A stretch of 64,000 bases of DNA from an uncultured Gammaproteobacteria bacterium (GCA_964512695.1 CAZEJU010000001.1:7803-71802); one strand, 5' to 3'; positions 1 through 11,091 are shown, counted from the stretch's first letter. The notes: generated by a model from the letters alone, not told the origin. Made by a program: numbers and translations.

Positions 1-135
1 ACAAAATATGCCTAATAGTGAAACCGCTACGAATAATAATAATTTTTTTCTCATCTATAGTCAGTATCACACGGTTTTCTAATAAAATCAAGCATGTTTC
101 TTGCCTACCTTTCAGAACTACTATACAATACAATT

Positions 136-567
136 ATGAACATGTTTAAAACTACATCAGCAAAAACTCCTGAAGAATATATTGCTATGATTGATGAGCC
201 CCGCAGATCTGAGATTAAAACGCTACATGAATTTATCACCAAGACTATTCCAGATCTCAAACCTCATATCATGGCAGGAATGATAGGTTATGGCACATAT
301 CATTATAAATACCCAAGTGGTAGAGAAGGGGACTGGGCTATCATAGCATTAGCAAATCAAAAACAATATATCTCCATTTATGTATGCGCGTCTGAAGGAA
401 AACAATATATTGCTGAGAAAAATAAAGAGAAGTTAGAAAATGCGAGTATAGGTAAAAGCTGCATTCGTTATAAGAGGTTATCAGATATTAACCTCGAAAA
501 GCTTAGTGAAGTAATAAAAGAAGGTGTCAAAATTGCTAAAGAACAAAATTTAACGACTAATCACTAG
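136..567 (+). CDS. DUF1801/YdhG-like domain protein
   Basis: ORF 94..567. N-terminus (KTPEEYIAMI...) resembles YdhG/DUF1801 proteins. Start trimmed to an internal Met, which is uncertain. Confidence 0.35.
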   Translation: MNMFKTTSAKTPEEYIAMIDEPRRSEIKTLHEFITKTIPDLKPHIMAGMIGYGTYHYKYPSGREGDWAIIALANQKQYISIYVCASEGKQYIAEKNKEKLENASIGKSCIRYKRLSDINLEKLSEVIKEGVKIAKEQNLTTNH

Positions 568-657
568 TACTTACTTCACTAAAAGCATTTGTGAACCTTT
601 GTTAAACTATAAGATATCTGATATAATATAAACATACCCCGTGTGAGGGGTTATTTT

Positions 658-2466
658 ATGAAAAACATACGAAACATAGCCATCATTGCGCACGTTGACC
701 ATGGAAAGACCACGTTAGTCGATGCACTACTGAAGCAATCAAATACAAAAATGCATAAAGACACTGCTGATTCTCTTATTATGGATAGTAATGAGTTAGA
801 GCAAGAAAGAGGAATAACAATTTTTTCAAAAAATGCTTCTGTTGTTTGGAAAGACATAAAAATAAACATTATCGACACCCCTGGACATGCAGACTTTGGC
901 GGAGAAGTAGAAAGAGTGCTTAAAATGGCAGATGGTTGTTTACTCCTCGTAGATGCTAAGGAAGGACCTATGCCACAAACCAGATTTGTTTTAAGAAAAG
1001 CACTTGAGATGAAATTAAAAACTATTGTAGTAGTCAATAAAATAGATAAAGCAGATGCGCGTATTCACCATGTACTTGACAAAACGCTCGACCTTTTTCT
1101 CGAGTTAGGTGCAGATGATAACTCCGCGGACTTTCCAATAGTTTATGCATCCGCCAAAGCAGGTAAAGCAGGACTTACAGAATCCCTTGAAGAAATGACT
1201 GATATTACTCCTCTTTTCAATACAATAATAGAGCAAGTCCCACCACCTTCGGGAGATGATAGTCAACCTCTACAAATCCTAATTACGACATTATCAAGCG
1301 ATTCTCATAAAGGAAGAATTGCTACGGGCAGAATATATAATGGTGTCATTAGAAATAATCAGGAAATTGCTCAAATAACTCGTGAAGGAGTTATTAAAAA
1401 GTGGCGTGTAACAAATCTTATAACTTTTGTAGGACTAGATAAAATAGAAACCCAGGAAGCATTCGCAGGAGATATTGTCGCAATTGCAGGTATAGAAAAC
1501 CCACAAATAGGAGAAACTATAGCTGACCCTATTAACCCTCTCCAACTACCTGTACTAAAAATAGAAGAACCGACAATAAGAATGCTTTTCACTGTAAATA
1601 ACTCTCCATTCGCTGGAAGAGAAGGAGAATTTAAGACGTCTCGACAAATTAGAGACAGACTATATAAAGAACTCGAAACTGACATGGCTTTACGAGTACA
1701 AGATGATCCGGGTGGAGGATGGATGGTTTCAGGCAGAGGAGAATTACATTTAGCAATTCTCATAGAGAGAATGCGAAGAGAGGGGTACGAATTCCAAGTA
1801 GGAAGACCACAGGTTATTGACAAAGTTGTAGATGGACAAATGCTAACTCCCTATGAAAGAGTATTCGTGGAAGTTCCTGAAGATCTTAGCGGAGTTGTTA
1901 TGCAAAAGCTTGGTGCAAGACGAGGAGAATTAAAAGATATGAATACGGATAATGGCATTGTATATATGGAGTTTATTATCTCAACTCGAGGACTTTTCGG
2001 TTATAGAAGTGAATTCGTTACAGATACAAGAGGTTTAGGAATAATTAATACTATGTTTCATGAATACTCTCCGGATAATGGATATACGCATGAACGTGAA
2101 CAAGGATCATTGGTAGCGTTTGAATCAGGAGCGTCAAATCTTTATGGCCTTACAAATATACAGGACAGAGGAACTCTATTTATAGGTCCTGGAGTTGAGG
2201 TATACAAAGGTCAAGTTGTAGGCCAAAATTCTCGTCTGGAGGACATGAGAGTAAATGTCTGTAAAGCAAAACAACTATCGAACATGCGTTCTAAAGGAGA
2301 AGGTACAATGGAACATTTTAATACCCCGAAAAAAATGGGGCTAGAAGACGCGCTTGAATTTATAGCTGATGATGAACTTGTAGAAGTAACGCCACAGAAT
2401 ATCCGTATCAGGAAAATCATCCTTGATGAAGTAGAAGAAAGAAGAAGACGTTCACAAAATCAATAA
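658..2466 (+). CDS. typA: GTP-binding elongation-factor-like protein TypA/BipA
   Basis: AHVDHGKTT G1 motif, DTPGH and NKID motifs. ~600 aa with EF-G-like domain order. Start moved to MKNIRNIAIIAHVDHGKTT. Confidence 0.9.
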   Translation: MKNIRNIAIIAHVDHGKTTLVDALLKQSNTKMHKDTADSLIMDSNELEQERGITIFSKNASVVWKDIKINIIDTPGHADFGGEVERVLKMADGCLLLVDAKEGPMPQTRFVLRKALEMKLKTIVVVNKIDKADARIHHVLDKTLDLFLELGADDNSADFPIVYASAKAGKAGLTESLEEMTDITPLFNTIIEQVPPPSGDDSQPLQILITTLSSDSHKGRIATGRIYNGVIRNNQEIAQITREGVIKKWRVTNLITFVGLDKIETQEAFAGDIVAIAGIENPQIGETIADPINPLQLPVLKIEEPTIRMLFTVNNSPFAGREGEFKTSRQIRDRLYKELETDMALRVQDDPGGGWMVSGRGELHLAILIERMRREGYEFQVGRPQVIDKVVDGQMLTPYERVFVEVPEDLSGVVMQKLGARRGELKDMNTDNGIVYMEFIISTRGLFGYRSEFVTDTRGLGIINTMFHEYSPDNGYTHEREQGSLVAFESGASNLYGLTNIQDRGTLFIGPGVEVYKGQVVGQNSRLEDMRVNVCKAKQLSNMRSKGEGTMEHFNTPKKMGLEDALEFIADDELVEVTPQNIRIRKIILDEVEERRRRSQNQ

Positions 2467-2694
2467 GTTATTTTAAATTTTTAACATATTACTGTAATTC
2501 TTTAAGAATACCCATTGCTATTTCTTTATCTTTGTTTCCACTGTTTAAGTTTTTTTCGGAGAACAACTCCAGACTGTATAATCTTCCTTTTTTAAAACGT
2601 TAGAAAGGAAACGTTTTTTATCATCTTCAGACAATACAAAAAGAACTGTATCGAGTATTGCAGATTAGAATATAGACAAGCTATTATGTAGTAA

Positions 2695-3564
2695 ATGAAA
2701 AGTCCTAAAATTGGGTTAGCATTAGGGAGTGGAGGAGCGCGCGGTTTTGCTCATATAGGCGTCATTCAAACATTAGAAAAGTATAATATACCGATTGATT
2801 ATATAGCTGGATCGAGCATAGGTGCAGTTATAGGCGCACATTATGCTAAGTATAAAAGTAGTGAAAAATTAGTACATGATGCATTTATTTTAAATAGGAA
2901 GAAAGGATTACAATTATTTGATCCTGTTTTTAAATTCGGCATCTTTAAAGGGGAAAAATTCGAGAAACACATCCAGGAACTTCTGCAAACCACTAATTTT
3001 GATGCACTGCAAATACCCTTTGCAGCAGTTGCTACAGATTTACAAACAGCTAACTCTGTTGTTTTTAAAAGTGGTGATTTAATTAAAACGATTCGTGCAA
3101 GTAGTTCTATTCCAGGTTTTTTTCAACCGTTACAATATGAAAATAAAATTCTTGGAGATGGAGGATTATCTAACCCAGTTCCTCACGATGTGGTAAAAAA
3201 GATGGGAGCTGATATTGTAATCGCAGTGAATCTGGATCGAATTTTCGAGAACAGAGATGAAATAAAAATTCCTTCTTTATACAATATACCTATTCAATCT
3301 ATTAATATCTTACGTCATAATTTAGCCCACCACTCGCTTGCAAATGCAGATATTGTTTTATCTCCTCATGTATCCAGTGTCGGTTTAATAGGATTACAGC
3401 ACTTCGTAAATAAAAAAAAGATTGAAGAATTAATTCAAGAAGGTGTTACTGTAACCGAAGAAATGATTCCCTTCATTCTCCAAACTATTAATGAAAAAAA
3501 GAAACTTTCTATTCATGCAAAATTAAAAGGGTATTTTAGAAAAGCCAAAGATGTATTTTTTTAG
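2695..3564 (+). CDS. patatin-like phospholipase
   Basis: GxGxxG oxyanion motif (GSGGARG) and GxSxG nucleophile elbow (GSSIG). Confidence 0.75.
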   Translation: MKSPKIGLALGSGGARGFAHIGVIQTLEKYNIPIDYIAGSSIGAVIGAHYAKYKSSEKLVHDAFILNRKKGLQLFDPVFKFGIFKGEKFEKHIQELLQTTNFDALQIPFAAVATDLQTANSVVFKSGDLIKTIRASSSIPGFFQPLQYENKILGDGGLSNPVPHDVVKKMGADIVIAVNLDRIFENRDEIKIPSLYNIPIQSINILRHNLAHHSLANADIVLSPHVSSVGLIGLQHFVNKKKIEELIQEGVTVTEEMIPFILQTINEKKKLSIHAKLKGYFRKAKDVFF

Positions 3565-5414
3565 TGGAAAAGTTTATTGTAAACAAATGCCAGTCGTTCT
3601 CTTCTGGTACGCTGATAATGAAGTTCATCAACAGGAACGTAAATATATTTCGTTAATGGACAGTTAGCATCATCCATATGTTTATGTGATTCATTAATTT
3701 GTTTGAGAACGCTTTTTAAGGCCTGCAGCGTCGTAGGATAGAAGTTTTTTGCACCTATTACTTCATAAAGACCAGTTTTTTTGAAAATCTCGACTACTTG
3801 TGACTTTACTGTGGAGAAGAATATTTTCTTTCTTGTAACACGAAGAGTTTCTATAAAACCCGCTAGCAATTCTTCACCAGTTGCATCTATTTCGTTAATA
3901 CCGTTCGCAGAAAAAATAATATGCGTTACATGAGGATGTTGTGATAAATATCTAATAATTTCGTTTTCAAAAAAAGTTGCATTTGCGAAAAAAAGAGGAG
4001 CATCGAGACGTACAACAGCTATGTTTTCACATTGATCTAGATTATATAACTTATAATCATGTAAAAAACCATCTTTATACATAGATAAGAAAGCCACCTT
4101 AGGGCGTGTACTTCGAAAAACAAAATGTCCTATCGAAAAAACAATTCCAAGTAACAGTCCTTTCTCTAAGTCGGGCGCGAAGTATAACGTACCGAAGAAA
4201 GTTAATATTGCTGCAATACCATCATATAAACTAACACTAATAATAGGTTTAATTTTAGAAAAATCTATTAACGTTGAAACAGAGATGATGATAATCGCAG
4301 CGAGAACAACTTTTGGTAAATAGTAGAGTAAAGGAGTAAAAAACAGTAATGTGATAAGCACCATAAAAGAGGTAAAAAAACTAGAAAGCCATGTTTTAGC
4401 TCCCGCCTGATAATTAAGTGCTGTTCGAGAAAAAGAGCCTGAAACAGGATAACTAAGGCTAAATGAGCCTACGGCGTTCGCTATGCCTTGACCTATTAGT
4501 TCTTTATTCGGATCTAGCCGCTCTTTGGTCTTTAGAGCAATTGCTTGTGCTACAGAAACAGATTCTGTAAACCCTATAAGGGACATCGTAATAACAGGTA
4601 TAATTAAATGTCCTAGCACACCAGAATCAAAACGGGGAATGCCAATTATAGGTAAACCGTTTGGAATTGTCCCAACCAGAGCTACTGGATAGTTTAAAAA
4701 TTGTACAATGACAGAAAGCACGACAACAGTTATAAGCACATAAGGTATGTTCCGATTAATTTTTCGTAATATAAGCATCCAAGCGACAGCTATGCAACCT
4801 AGTATAAATGTCTGCCAATGAATTGCTGTTATAGCCTTTTGGAATAAAGCTATTATAGTTTGATAATGATGTTCCTGGTTAGGAACACTAATACCGAAAA
4901 AAGCTGATAGCTGTGTAGTAGCGATTATTAATGCCGCAGCATTCGTAAACGCATAAATAACAGGATGTGAAAGAAAACTAACAAGTCCCCCTAATTTCAA
5001 TGTACCAAGAAGAATTTGGAATAATCCTAATAAACAAGCTAAGAGAACAATATTTGAAATGTATTCGTTCGATCCGAGGGGACTAATGGGCGAAACAGCC
5101 GATAACGCTAAGAGAGATAAAACTGCGACAGGACCTGTTGCCAGCTGAGCGCTTGAACCAAATAATGCAGCTAAAAAAGGAGGTAATAAAGCTGCGTACA
5201 GTCCGTAATGTGGGGGCAAACCTGCCAGCTGAGCATACGCTAATGATTGGGGGATCAATACTAGACCCACTGTTATACCTGCAATAATATCTGCACGTAA
5301 AGTTACCTTATGGAGAAAAGGCCGGTAGACTTTAGCTAAAAATGAAGTGTTTCCTGGAAGTTGTTTCATTCTTTTCCTTATTACTAGCTTATCACAAGAT
5401 TTTTTCTCGCTCAA
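3561..5414 (-). CDS. SulP-family anion permease with C-terminal STAS domain
   Basis: Multiple TM segments; DIIAGITVGLVLIPQSLAYA SulP signature region; C-terminal STAS-like domain. Confidence 0.7.
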   Translation of the reverse strand: MSEKKSCDKLVIRKRMKQLPGNTSFLAKVYRPFLHKVTLRADIIAGITVGLVLIPQSLAYAQLAGLPPHYGLYAALLPPFLAALFGSSAQLATGPVAVLSLLALSAVSPISPLGSNEYISNIVLLACLLGLFQILLGTLKLGGLVSFLSHPVIYAFTNAAALIIATTQLSAFFGISVPNQEHHYQTIIALFQKAITAIHWQTFILGCIAVAWMLILRKINRNIPYVLITVVVLSVIVQFLNYPVALVGTIPNGLPIIGIPRFDSGVLGHLIIPVITMSLIGFTESVSVAQAIALKTKERLDPNKELIGQGIANAVGSFSLSYPVSGSFSRTALNYQAGAKTWLSSFFTSFMVLITLLFFTPLLYYLPKVVLAAIIIISVSTLIDFSKIKPIISVSLYDGIAAILTFFGTLYFAPDLEKGLLLGIVFSIGHFVFRSTRPKVAFLSMYKDGFLHDYKLYNLDQCENIAVVRLDAPLFFANATFFENEIIRYLSQHPHVTHIIFSANGINEIDATGEELLAGFIETLRVTRKKIFFSTVKSQVVEIFKKTGLYEVIGAKNFYPTTLQALKSVLKQINESHKHMDDANCPLTKYIYVPVDELHYQRTRRERLAFVYNKLFH

Positions 5415-5481
5415 TGATATAAAAAATTATGGTTCAAGGAAAATTTTAATGAAGTTTTATTATGTTTGAGGAAGCCTCTAC

Positions 5482-6477
5482 TTATTTTATTACTAAAACT
5501 TCATTTTTATCAGAAACTGTCAAACCTGGTTTAGGACCGCCTCCTATCGCATATATTTTACCGTCAACAGCCACAACTGCGAGACCGTGACGGGCAGTAG
5601 GAAGGGGAGGGAGTGAAAACCACTTTCCTTCTTCTATATGAAATGCCTCAACTCTATTAAAAGTCCCTAAGGCTTCTTCGCCACCAATTACTATAAATGC
5701 ATTACGAATAGTGACCCCTCCTATACCGCTTCGCTTCGATAACATTTTGGGTCCTGACGTCCAAACATCTGTAGTCGGATTATATATTTCCAAAGTATCA
5801 AGATTGGAAATTAGGGAATCTTGCCTTCCTCCAGCTACATACACTAATCCATCACTCATACCTATAGCTATATGATCACGCTTCGTAAATGCGCTTTTTT
5901 TCACAGTCCATATATCCGTAACTGTATCGTAGACATGAATACTACCCGTTACTCCATTTTTAGTCACTCCTCCCACAACATAAATTTTTGTCGCGATGGC
6001 AACAGCTGCATGCGCACCTCTCGCAAGAGGCATAGATTTTCCTTTTGTCCATTGTTTTGTTTCCGGGGAATAAATAAAGATATCGGAGGTCGGTGATGAA
6101 TCTTCTGAATATCCACCAAGAATAAATAACTTTCCCGCTACAGCTACTGCTGCAGTATGATGACGAGCCCCGGGCAAATCAGGAGCTGGACTCCATGAAT
6201 CATTCTTCGTATCATAAACCTCAACTTTAGAAGATGTGTTACCTGAATTCTCCAAACCTCCAATAATATAAATCTTACCATCTAACGAAGTACCAGCTAC
6301 TTCAGTCCGTGGTGTAGGAAGAGATTTTTTCACTGCCCATGTAGAAACTGTTTCTAAAAATGTCGTTTTATTTGTATATGATTTTTGTTTTTTTTCATTT
6401 GTAACGAATAGTATATAGAACGAAACAGTAAATAATAGTACAAAAAAAAGAGCAAAAACGAAAAGCTTTTTAATCAT
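5482..6477 (-). CDS. Kelch-repeat beta-propeller protein with N-terminal membrane anchor
   Basis: Repeated GG..(Y/F)..GG / W motifs typical of Kelch blades; N-terminal hydrophobic helix. Confidence 0.55.
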   Translation of the reverse strand: MIKKLFVFALFFVLLFTVSFYILFVTNEKKQKSYTNKTTFLETVSTWAVKKSLPTPRTEVAGTSLDGKIYIIGGLENSGNTSSKVEVYDTKNDSWSPAPDLPGARHHTAAVAVAGKLFILGGYSEDSSPTSDIFIYSPETKQWTKGKSMPLARGAHAAVAIATKIYVVGGVTKNGVTGSIHVYDTVTDIWTVKKSAFTKRDHIAIGMSDGLVYVAGGRQDSLISNLDTLEIYNPTTDVWTSGPKMLSKRSGIGGVTIRNAFIVIGGEEALGTFNRVEAFHIEEGKWFSLPPLPTARHGLAVVAVDGKIYAIGGGPKPGLTVSDKNEVLVIK

Positions 6478-6715
6478 TTAATATAAGTATACATAGCTGT
6501 GACTGTTCAGAAAAGTACTCTGTATATTTTCTTTACTGACTCTAGTTCAGTAGATTTTCTAAAATAAGGAAATAATAACTGTTTTAGGGGTGTAGGTGGA
6601 CTCCCTCCAGGAGCTACAAACACACCTTCACCGACACCGCCTGATGGTTGCATGAACGGAGTGCAAGACCGAGCTTCAGGAAATCCTTAGTGGATTGTAA
6701 AGGAAAAAATAATAA

Positions 6716-7477
6716 TTATAAAATAAATTTTTCTAGAACATCTACTAAACCGTCTTCGTCGACAGTTGAAGCTATATAATCCGCAATTGCCTTTAAATCA
6801 TCTACTGCATTTCCCATAGCTACTTTAAGACCACAAGCCATTAATAATGGAAAATCGTTATACCCGTCACCCACACCTATTACATTATTCTTTTTTAAAT
6901 TCACCTTTTTCATTATGGTTTCAATACCATGAAGCTTTGTTGCATTAACATGCTCAACACTTAGACCATACATTCCCTGATTTCTATGGTGAGACTTTTG
7001 ACCTTTAACATGAGGTAGTTTACTTATTTTTTCTAGAACTTCCTCTACTGTCTGCAAATCATACAATTCATCGGCAAAGAACATATACGCTTTTTTTATT
7101 TCATCATCGTGCGTAAACCTTTTCTGGTAATCTGTGCCAATAACCTGCTGTTTAACATAAAAAGATATTTTTTTTTCTAAAAGTAAATCTTTAATCATAA
7201 TTGCTTCATCTACTGGAAGAGGACAATCATAAAGAAGTTCTCGTGACTTTAAATCCATAACTTGCGACCCATTATTTAAAACAACATAACCTTCATGCAT
7301 TTGTAACTTTGTTAAAACTGGTTCTAAAAAGCTATATGACCTGCCTGTAACAAGACAAACAATGACTTTCTCTTGCGCTTTTTTAATCGCATCAGTGACA
7401 CGTTCAGATGGGAGCGCATCATAATCATAAGGAACAATTGTTCCATCAACATCTAACATGAGTGCTTTATAATTCAT
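6716..7477 (-). CDS. HAD-superfamily Cof-type hydrolase
   Basis: N-terminal DVDGTI motif I; GDGYND motif near C-terminus. Confidence 0.7.
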   Translation of the reverse strand: MNYKALMLDVDGTIVPYDYDALPSERVTDAIKKAQEKVIVCLVTGRSYSFLEPVLTKLQMHEGYVVLNNGSQVMDLKSRELLYDCPLPVDEAIMIKDLLLEKKISFYVKQQVIGTDYQKRFTHDDEIKKAYMFFADELYDLQTVEEVLEKISKLPHVKGQKSHHRNQGMYGLSVEHVNATKLHGIETIMKKVNLKKNNVIGVGDGYNDFPLLMACGLKVAMGNAVDDLKAIADYIASTVDEDGLVDVLEKFIL

Positions 7478-7514
7478 TTTTCTAAGTTTAGCAGGAAAAT
7501 AGAAGCCTACTTGT

Positions 7515-7877
7515 TTAATATAAGTACTTTAGTGTAAAAACAAACGTTGCAAAACTAGAAAACGATGAAAATTTAACAAAGTTCACAGAAAAGTTATCTT
7601 TTTTTTGCATTTTTCTTAAAAGTAAGTATTCAATAACAAAAAGTACAGCTATATATATTCCTATTTTACTACAATAAACTATTGAAGAAGTTTTATCAGA
7701 TAATAAAGCTAATAGCGAACCTGTAATTACTTGCGTTGTGGCAATGGAAGCAATAATTATTGCTAATTTTTTATATGAAGAAAGTAAATTCTTTTTTAAA
7801 ACATACAATGATCTTATGCTAAACAGGAAAAGTAAAGACGCTCCTGTAAGGTGAAGAAGTAATATAAACGTGTACAT
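7515..7877 (-). CDS. small integral membrane protein
   Basis: 120-aa ORF with three hydrophobic segments; no recognisable homology. Confidence 0.3.
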   Translation of the reverse strand: MYTFILLLHLTGASLLFLFSIRSLYVLKKNLLSSYKKLAIIIASIATTQVITGSLLALLSDKTSSIVYCSKIGIYIAVLFVIEYLLLRKMQKKDNFSVNFVKFSSFSSFATFVFTLKYLY

Positions 7878-8121
7878 TCTATGAATAGTATACTAAAGCA
7901 AACCTAATTTCAATAAACTGGTTGGGAAGTTGATAGGTACGAATCTCTACGGGAAACCATTTATGAGGAGAAGCATCTTTTTTTGATAATAATGTCCATT
8001 TTTTAGGTGTCATAGCTATCCTTTAAGTAGAGTAAAACACAGTACTGATTTTAAGCCAGCTGCCTCTTCCATATAGAAATATATTTAATTTCTCCTAAAT
8101 ATGGTATTGTATTAGTAGAGT

Positions 8122-9525
8122 ATGAAATATGTTGTAGTTACTTTTGACGGATCAGGTACTCCAGTCGCACAACACTTGCAGTTGGAAGGCCAAGATGTTG
8201 TTTTGGCACAGATAGAAAACATGAGGAGTTTGGCATCTGAAGAGGATGATGAATATGCAGAAGGTCGAAATGATAAAGAACAACGTCTTTCAGTATTTGA
8301 AGGAGTTGTCAGGAAAAAACCCGCGGAAGAACTTTTGAAAGAAATGAAAACGTATAAAAATCCGCAGGATTATTTCGTTTACTTTGACACGAATGGTTTA
8401 TACGCTCTCGCAGAACAGATTAAAGACTTAGGATTCCACGGCAATTTTCCGACACGTGAAGACTATTTATATGAAGTTGACAGGGATAAAGCAAAAGAGT
8501 TTGTCAAAAAGCACTATTCTAAATTAAATATTGCAAGGAAAAAAGAATTTGCAAAAGTTTCCGATGCAAAAAAGTTCTTAACAGACACCGACGAAGTCTG
8601 GGTATTAAAAGGAAATAGTGATGCTTCAAGTGCTTTTGTGCCCGATGTCGATGATCCAATCCTTGCAGCACGACAAATAGTTGAGGTTTTGGATAATGAT
8701 TCGTCTTCATATGAATCAGAGGGATTCATTCTTGAATTACTTATTCCTTCTGTCATGGAACTTACCCCGGAGAAAATTTATTATGACGGCGAATTAATCG
8801 CTTGCACTTTAGATATTGAAAATAAGCCAATTGGCAGCGGTAACATTTCTGTTCAAACAGGTTGTGCTGCTGATTTGGTTTTTCCCATAGCAAATGACTC
8901 TCGGATTAACCAGATTGCATTTCCTCCAATTGTTGATGAATTAGCAAAAAAACACAAAGGGTTATTTTACTGGGATGCCTCAATTCTGATTAATAAACGG
9001 GATGGAAAAATGTACTTTGGAGAATTTTGTCCTAATAGGCCAGGCTACAATGCTTCATTTACAGAATTTGCTCAGTGCGGAAGTGTTCATGAGTTTTTTG
9101 AGAATGTAGTACAGAAAAAAAGTCCATTTAAATTGGGAACTGTCGCTTCCTCTATTCGCATCTTTAATCTTCATCGTGATAATGAAACCCAACAAATTCT
9201 TGGAGGATTAACTGTGGATTTTGCCCCAGAAGTGGAAAAAGATGTTTGGTTATGGGATGTGAAGAAAAAGGGAAAAAAACTGGTGAATATCGGTTATGGC
9301 GATGCAGTCGCGGCAATTACAGGTGCAGGAGATTCTGTTGAAGAAGCAGTCAGCAGGATGTACCGAAATCTAGAAAAGTTTTCTTTCTTAGGAGCTTATT
9401 ACCGTCCGAAAGCGGATTATTTATCTCTCGGGTATCCCACATCTATTCTTAATCGTTTGAATTACGGAATGGAAAGAGGGCTATATCAAATACCATTTAA
9501 TGTCAAAGTAGGGGATATCCTCTAG
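8122..9525 (+). CDS. ATP-grasp domain protein, PurD-like architecture
   Basis: N-terminal MKYVVVTFDGSG.. resembles the PurD N-domain. Central DKAKEFVKKH..EVWVLKGNSDASSAF matches the ATP-grasp B/central-domain pattern. Confidence 0.4.
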   Translation: MKYVVVTFDGSGTPVAQHLQLEGQDVVLAQIENMRSLASEEDDEYAEGRNDKEQRLSVFEGVVRKKPAEELLKEMKTYKNPQDYFVYFDTNGLYALAEQIKDLGFHGNFPTREDYLYEVDRDKAKEFVKKHYSKLNIARKKEFAKVSDAKKFLTDTDEVWVLKGNSDASSAFVPDVDDPILAARQIVEVLDNDSSSYESEGFILELLIPSVMELTPEKIYYDGELIACTLDIENKPIGSGNISVQTGCAADLVFPIANDSRINQIAFPPIVDELAKKHKGLFYWDASILINKRDGKMYFGEFCPNRPGYNASFTEFAQCGSVHEFFENVVQKKSPFKLGTVASSIRIFNLHRDNETQQILGGLTVDFAPEVEKDVWLWDVKKKGKKLVNIGYGDAVAAITGAGDSVEEAVSRMYRNLEKFSFLGAYYRPKADYLSLGYPTSILNRLNYGMERGLYQIPFNVKVGDIL

Positions 9526-9577
9526 AGTTTCAAAGCAGCAGAATGGCAAAGAACAACTTTAGAACTATTGTTTATCT

Positions 9578-10012
9578 TTACCGTACTTTCCAATTCTTCT
9601 TTGTCTTACTGCCTTTTTTCTTTGTAGGTTTTATTTTTACTTCCACACTATAGACTGCTTTTTGATAATTTTTCCAATCCATTCCCATATTCTCTATAAA
9701 GTGGCGCTCTACGTTATTCGCAATGCGGTGATATTTACAGTATAAATCATACTCTTTCTTGTGTTTTTCAGCAGCCGTATCAGTAGTGTCAAAAGCATCA
9801 ATCATAGCCACAGGAATACCAGCTGATCTAATTAAGGTATACTCAATAAACTCATGCAGCATAATAGCATTATTAATAATTGGGTTTTTCATATCATAAG
9901 CGATAATATGCGTGTCAAAATAGTCACCCACGTCATCATAGCGCATTGACTTACTAACCCTGAATTTAAGCTTAGAGTAATCAATTAATTTCGCTCGGTC
10001 TTTCTGTTTCAT
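9578..10012 (-). CDS. hypothetical protein
   Basis: 144-aa ORF next to an XRE regulator and a disrupted tRNA-Gln locus. No recognisable motifs. Confidence 0.3.
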   Translation of the reverse strand: MKQKDRAKLIDYSKLKFRVSKSMRYDDVGDYFDTHIIAYDMKNPIINNAIMLHEFIEYTLIRSAGIPVAMIDAFDTTDTAAEKHKKEYDLYCKYHRIANNVERHFIENMGMDWKNYQKAVYSVEVKIKPTKKKGSKTKKNWKVR

Positions 10013-10257
10013 AGTCGTTAATTATATCTCAATAGGTTACCTTAGTAAAGCAGTAAGAATCTGAGGCTAAAGCATAATATTATCCTATATTATTTATACA
10101 GAAGTATAATTTTACGAGTCTAATCTCGCAAGAAATAGTCCTATAATAACAGTTACGTTTAAACTAAATACAAGGAACTTAATCAGCTGCCCAACTATTT
10201 AAAAATTCCAACCGCAAGTTCCGCCCATACCATCCTTCCTCAACCAAGATTCAGCAC

Positions 10258-10440
10258 TCAAATTTCTTCTTGATCAATTTCATCATTTTTATACTCAAGA
10301 ATGTCTCCTGGCTGACAGTCTAAAGCTTTGCAAATCGCTTCCAAGGTTGAGAAACGAATAGCTTTTGCCTTTCCATTTTTCAAGATAGAAAGGTTAGCCA
10401 TGGTTATGCCAACTTTCTCAGTAAGTTCAGTAACACTCAT
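10258..10440 (-). CDS. XRE-family helix-turn-helix transcriptional regulator
   Basis: MSVTELTEKVGITMANLSILKNGKAKAIRFSTLEAICKALDCQPGDIL is a classic Cro/C1-type HTH. Start trimmed from the ORF-track 10530 to the internal Met. Confidence 0.65.
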   Translation of the reverse strand: MSVTELTEKVGITMANLSILKNGKAKAIRFSTLEAICKALDCQPGDILEYKNDEIDQEEI

Positions 10441-10720
10441 TTTCCTTTTGACTAACAGGATACAGCCAGGAAAAGTTAGAAGCTCAGTTGAAAAAAGAAA
10501 CAGACTTTGAAACGTTCTTTGTAAATGCACCGCGACTGAATCCCTCGCGATCTTTAATCAAAGGCGTGATTTGTGGCGTCCGAGTGGAGGATAGTAAAGA
10601 ACCAATTATGCGCGAAATTCGCTATCTAGATAAATTAATCGATGAGCTAGCTGGAGGGAAAACGATGGAAAAGATTTTACGAAGGTGATATCTTACTGCC
10701 TTAACTTTTCCCAGTCAGAG

Positions 10721-10791
10721 CTGGGAAGCCTGGATTCGAACCAGAATAAACGGATCCAAAGTCCGTTGTCCTACCATTAGACGACTTCCCA
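10721..10791 (-). tRNA. tRNA-Gln (anticodon UUG)
   Basis: Hand-folded cloverleaf. U1-A72 acceptor typical of bacterial tRNA-Gln, D-loop AAUGGUA, anticodon loop CUUUGGA, T-loop UUCGAAU, discriminator G. CCA is not encoded. Confidence 0.8.
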
Positions 10792-10798
10792 GCACTGA

Positions 10799-11050
10799 CT
10801 ACGAATTTTCCCTTGTTAAGATACTATCCAAATACTTTCTTCCTTGTCCAGTTTTTAAGAACTTTTCTCTTTTGACAGCTTCGCTTCTTGTATAAAACTG
10901 CTCTTGATAAATTAACTTCCATGGTTTTCTTCCTTTTGTATATCTAACTTTACCAGCATTGTGTGCAGCTAAGCGTATAGTTACATTTTCTGCACTTCCT
11001 ACATACCGCGTTCCATAGGTTATACTTTTCGGTACATATGCATACAACAT
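10799..11050 (-). CDS. GIY-YIG nuclease family protein (84 aa)
   Basis: MLYAYVPKSITYGTRYVGSAENV..RLAAHNAGK..YTKGRKPWKLIY matches the small GIY-YIG (UvrC N-terminal-like) family. Start trimmed to the Met just before the GIY motif. Confidence 0.7.
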   Translation of the reverse strand: MLYAYVPKSITYGTRYVGSAENVTIRLAAHNAGKVRYTKGRKPWKLIYQEQFYTRSEAVKREKFLKTGQGRKYLDSILTRENS

Positions 11051-11091
11051 AGTATGATTCTCCGCCGAAGGCGGATGCGCCTCTGGCGCAG

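Noticed and set aside
637-657. Hairpin CCCCGUGUGAGGGG + U-rich tract immediately before the typA start as another attenuator
   Set aside because: The stem is only 4-5 bp and the U-tract is broken (UUAUUUU). There is no small ORF or competing structure upstream. It is more likely ordinary 5' UTR structure downstream of an extended -10 (TGATATAAT) promoter.
651-2420. Antisense and overlapping small ORFs inside typA, PEPC, recG, PBP1A etc. (e.g. 651..1037-, 1371..1823-, 25221..25785-, 60622..61059-)
   Set aside because: They lie entirely within strongly supported genes on the opposite strand and have low-complexity, Ser/Cys-rich translations typical of antisense artefacts.
10488-10688. 66-aa ORF divergent from the XRE regulator as a toxin partner
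   Set aside because: It has no recognisable toxin motif. The divergent orientation is not typical for TA pairs. The ORF may be spurious in AT-rich DNA.
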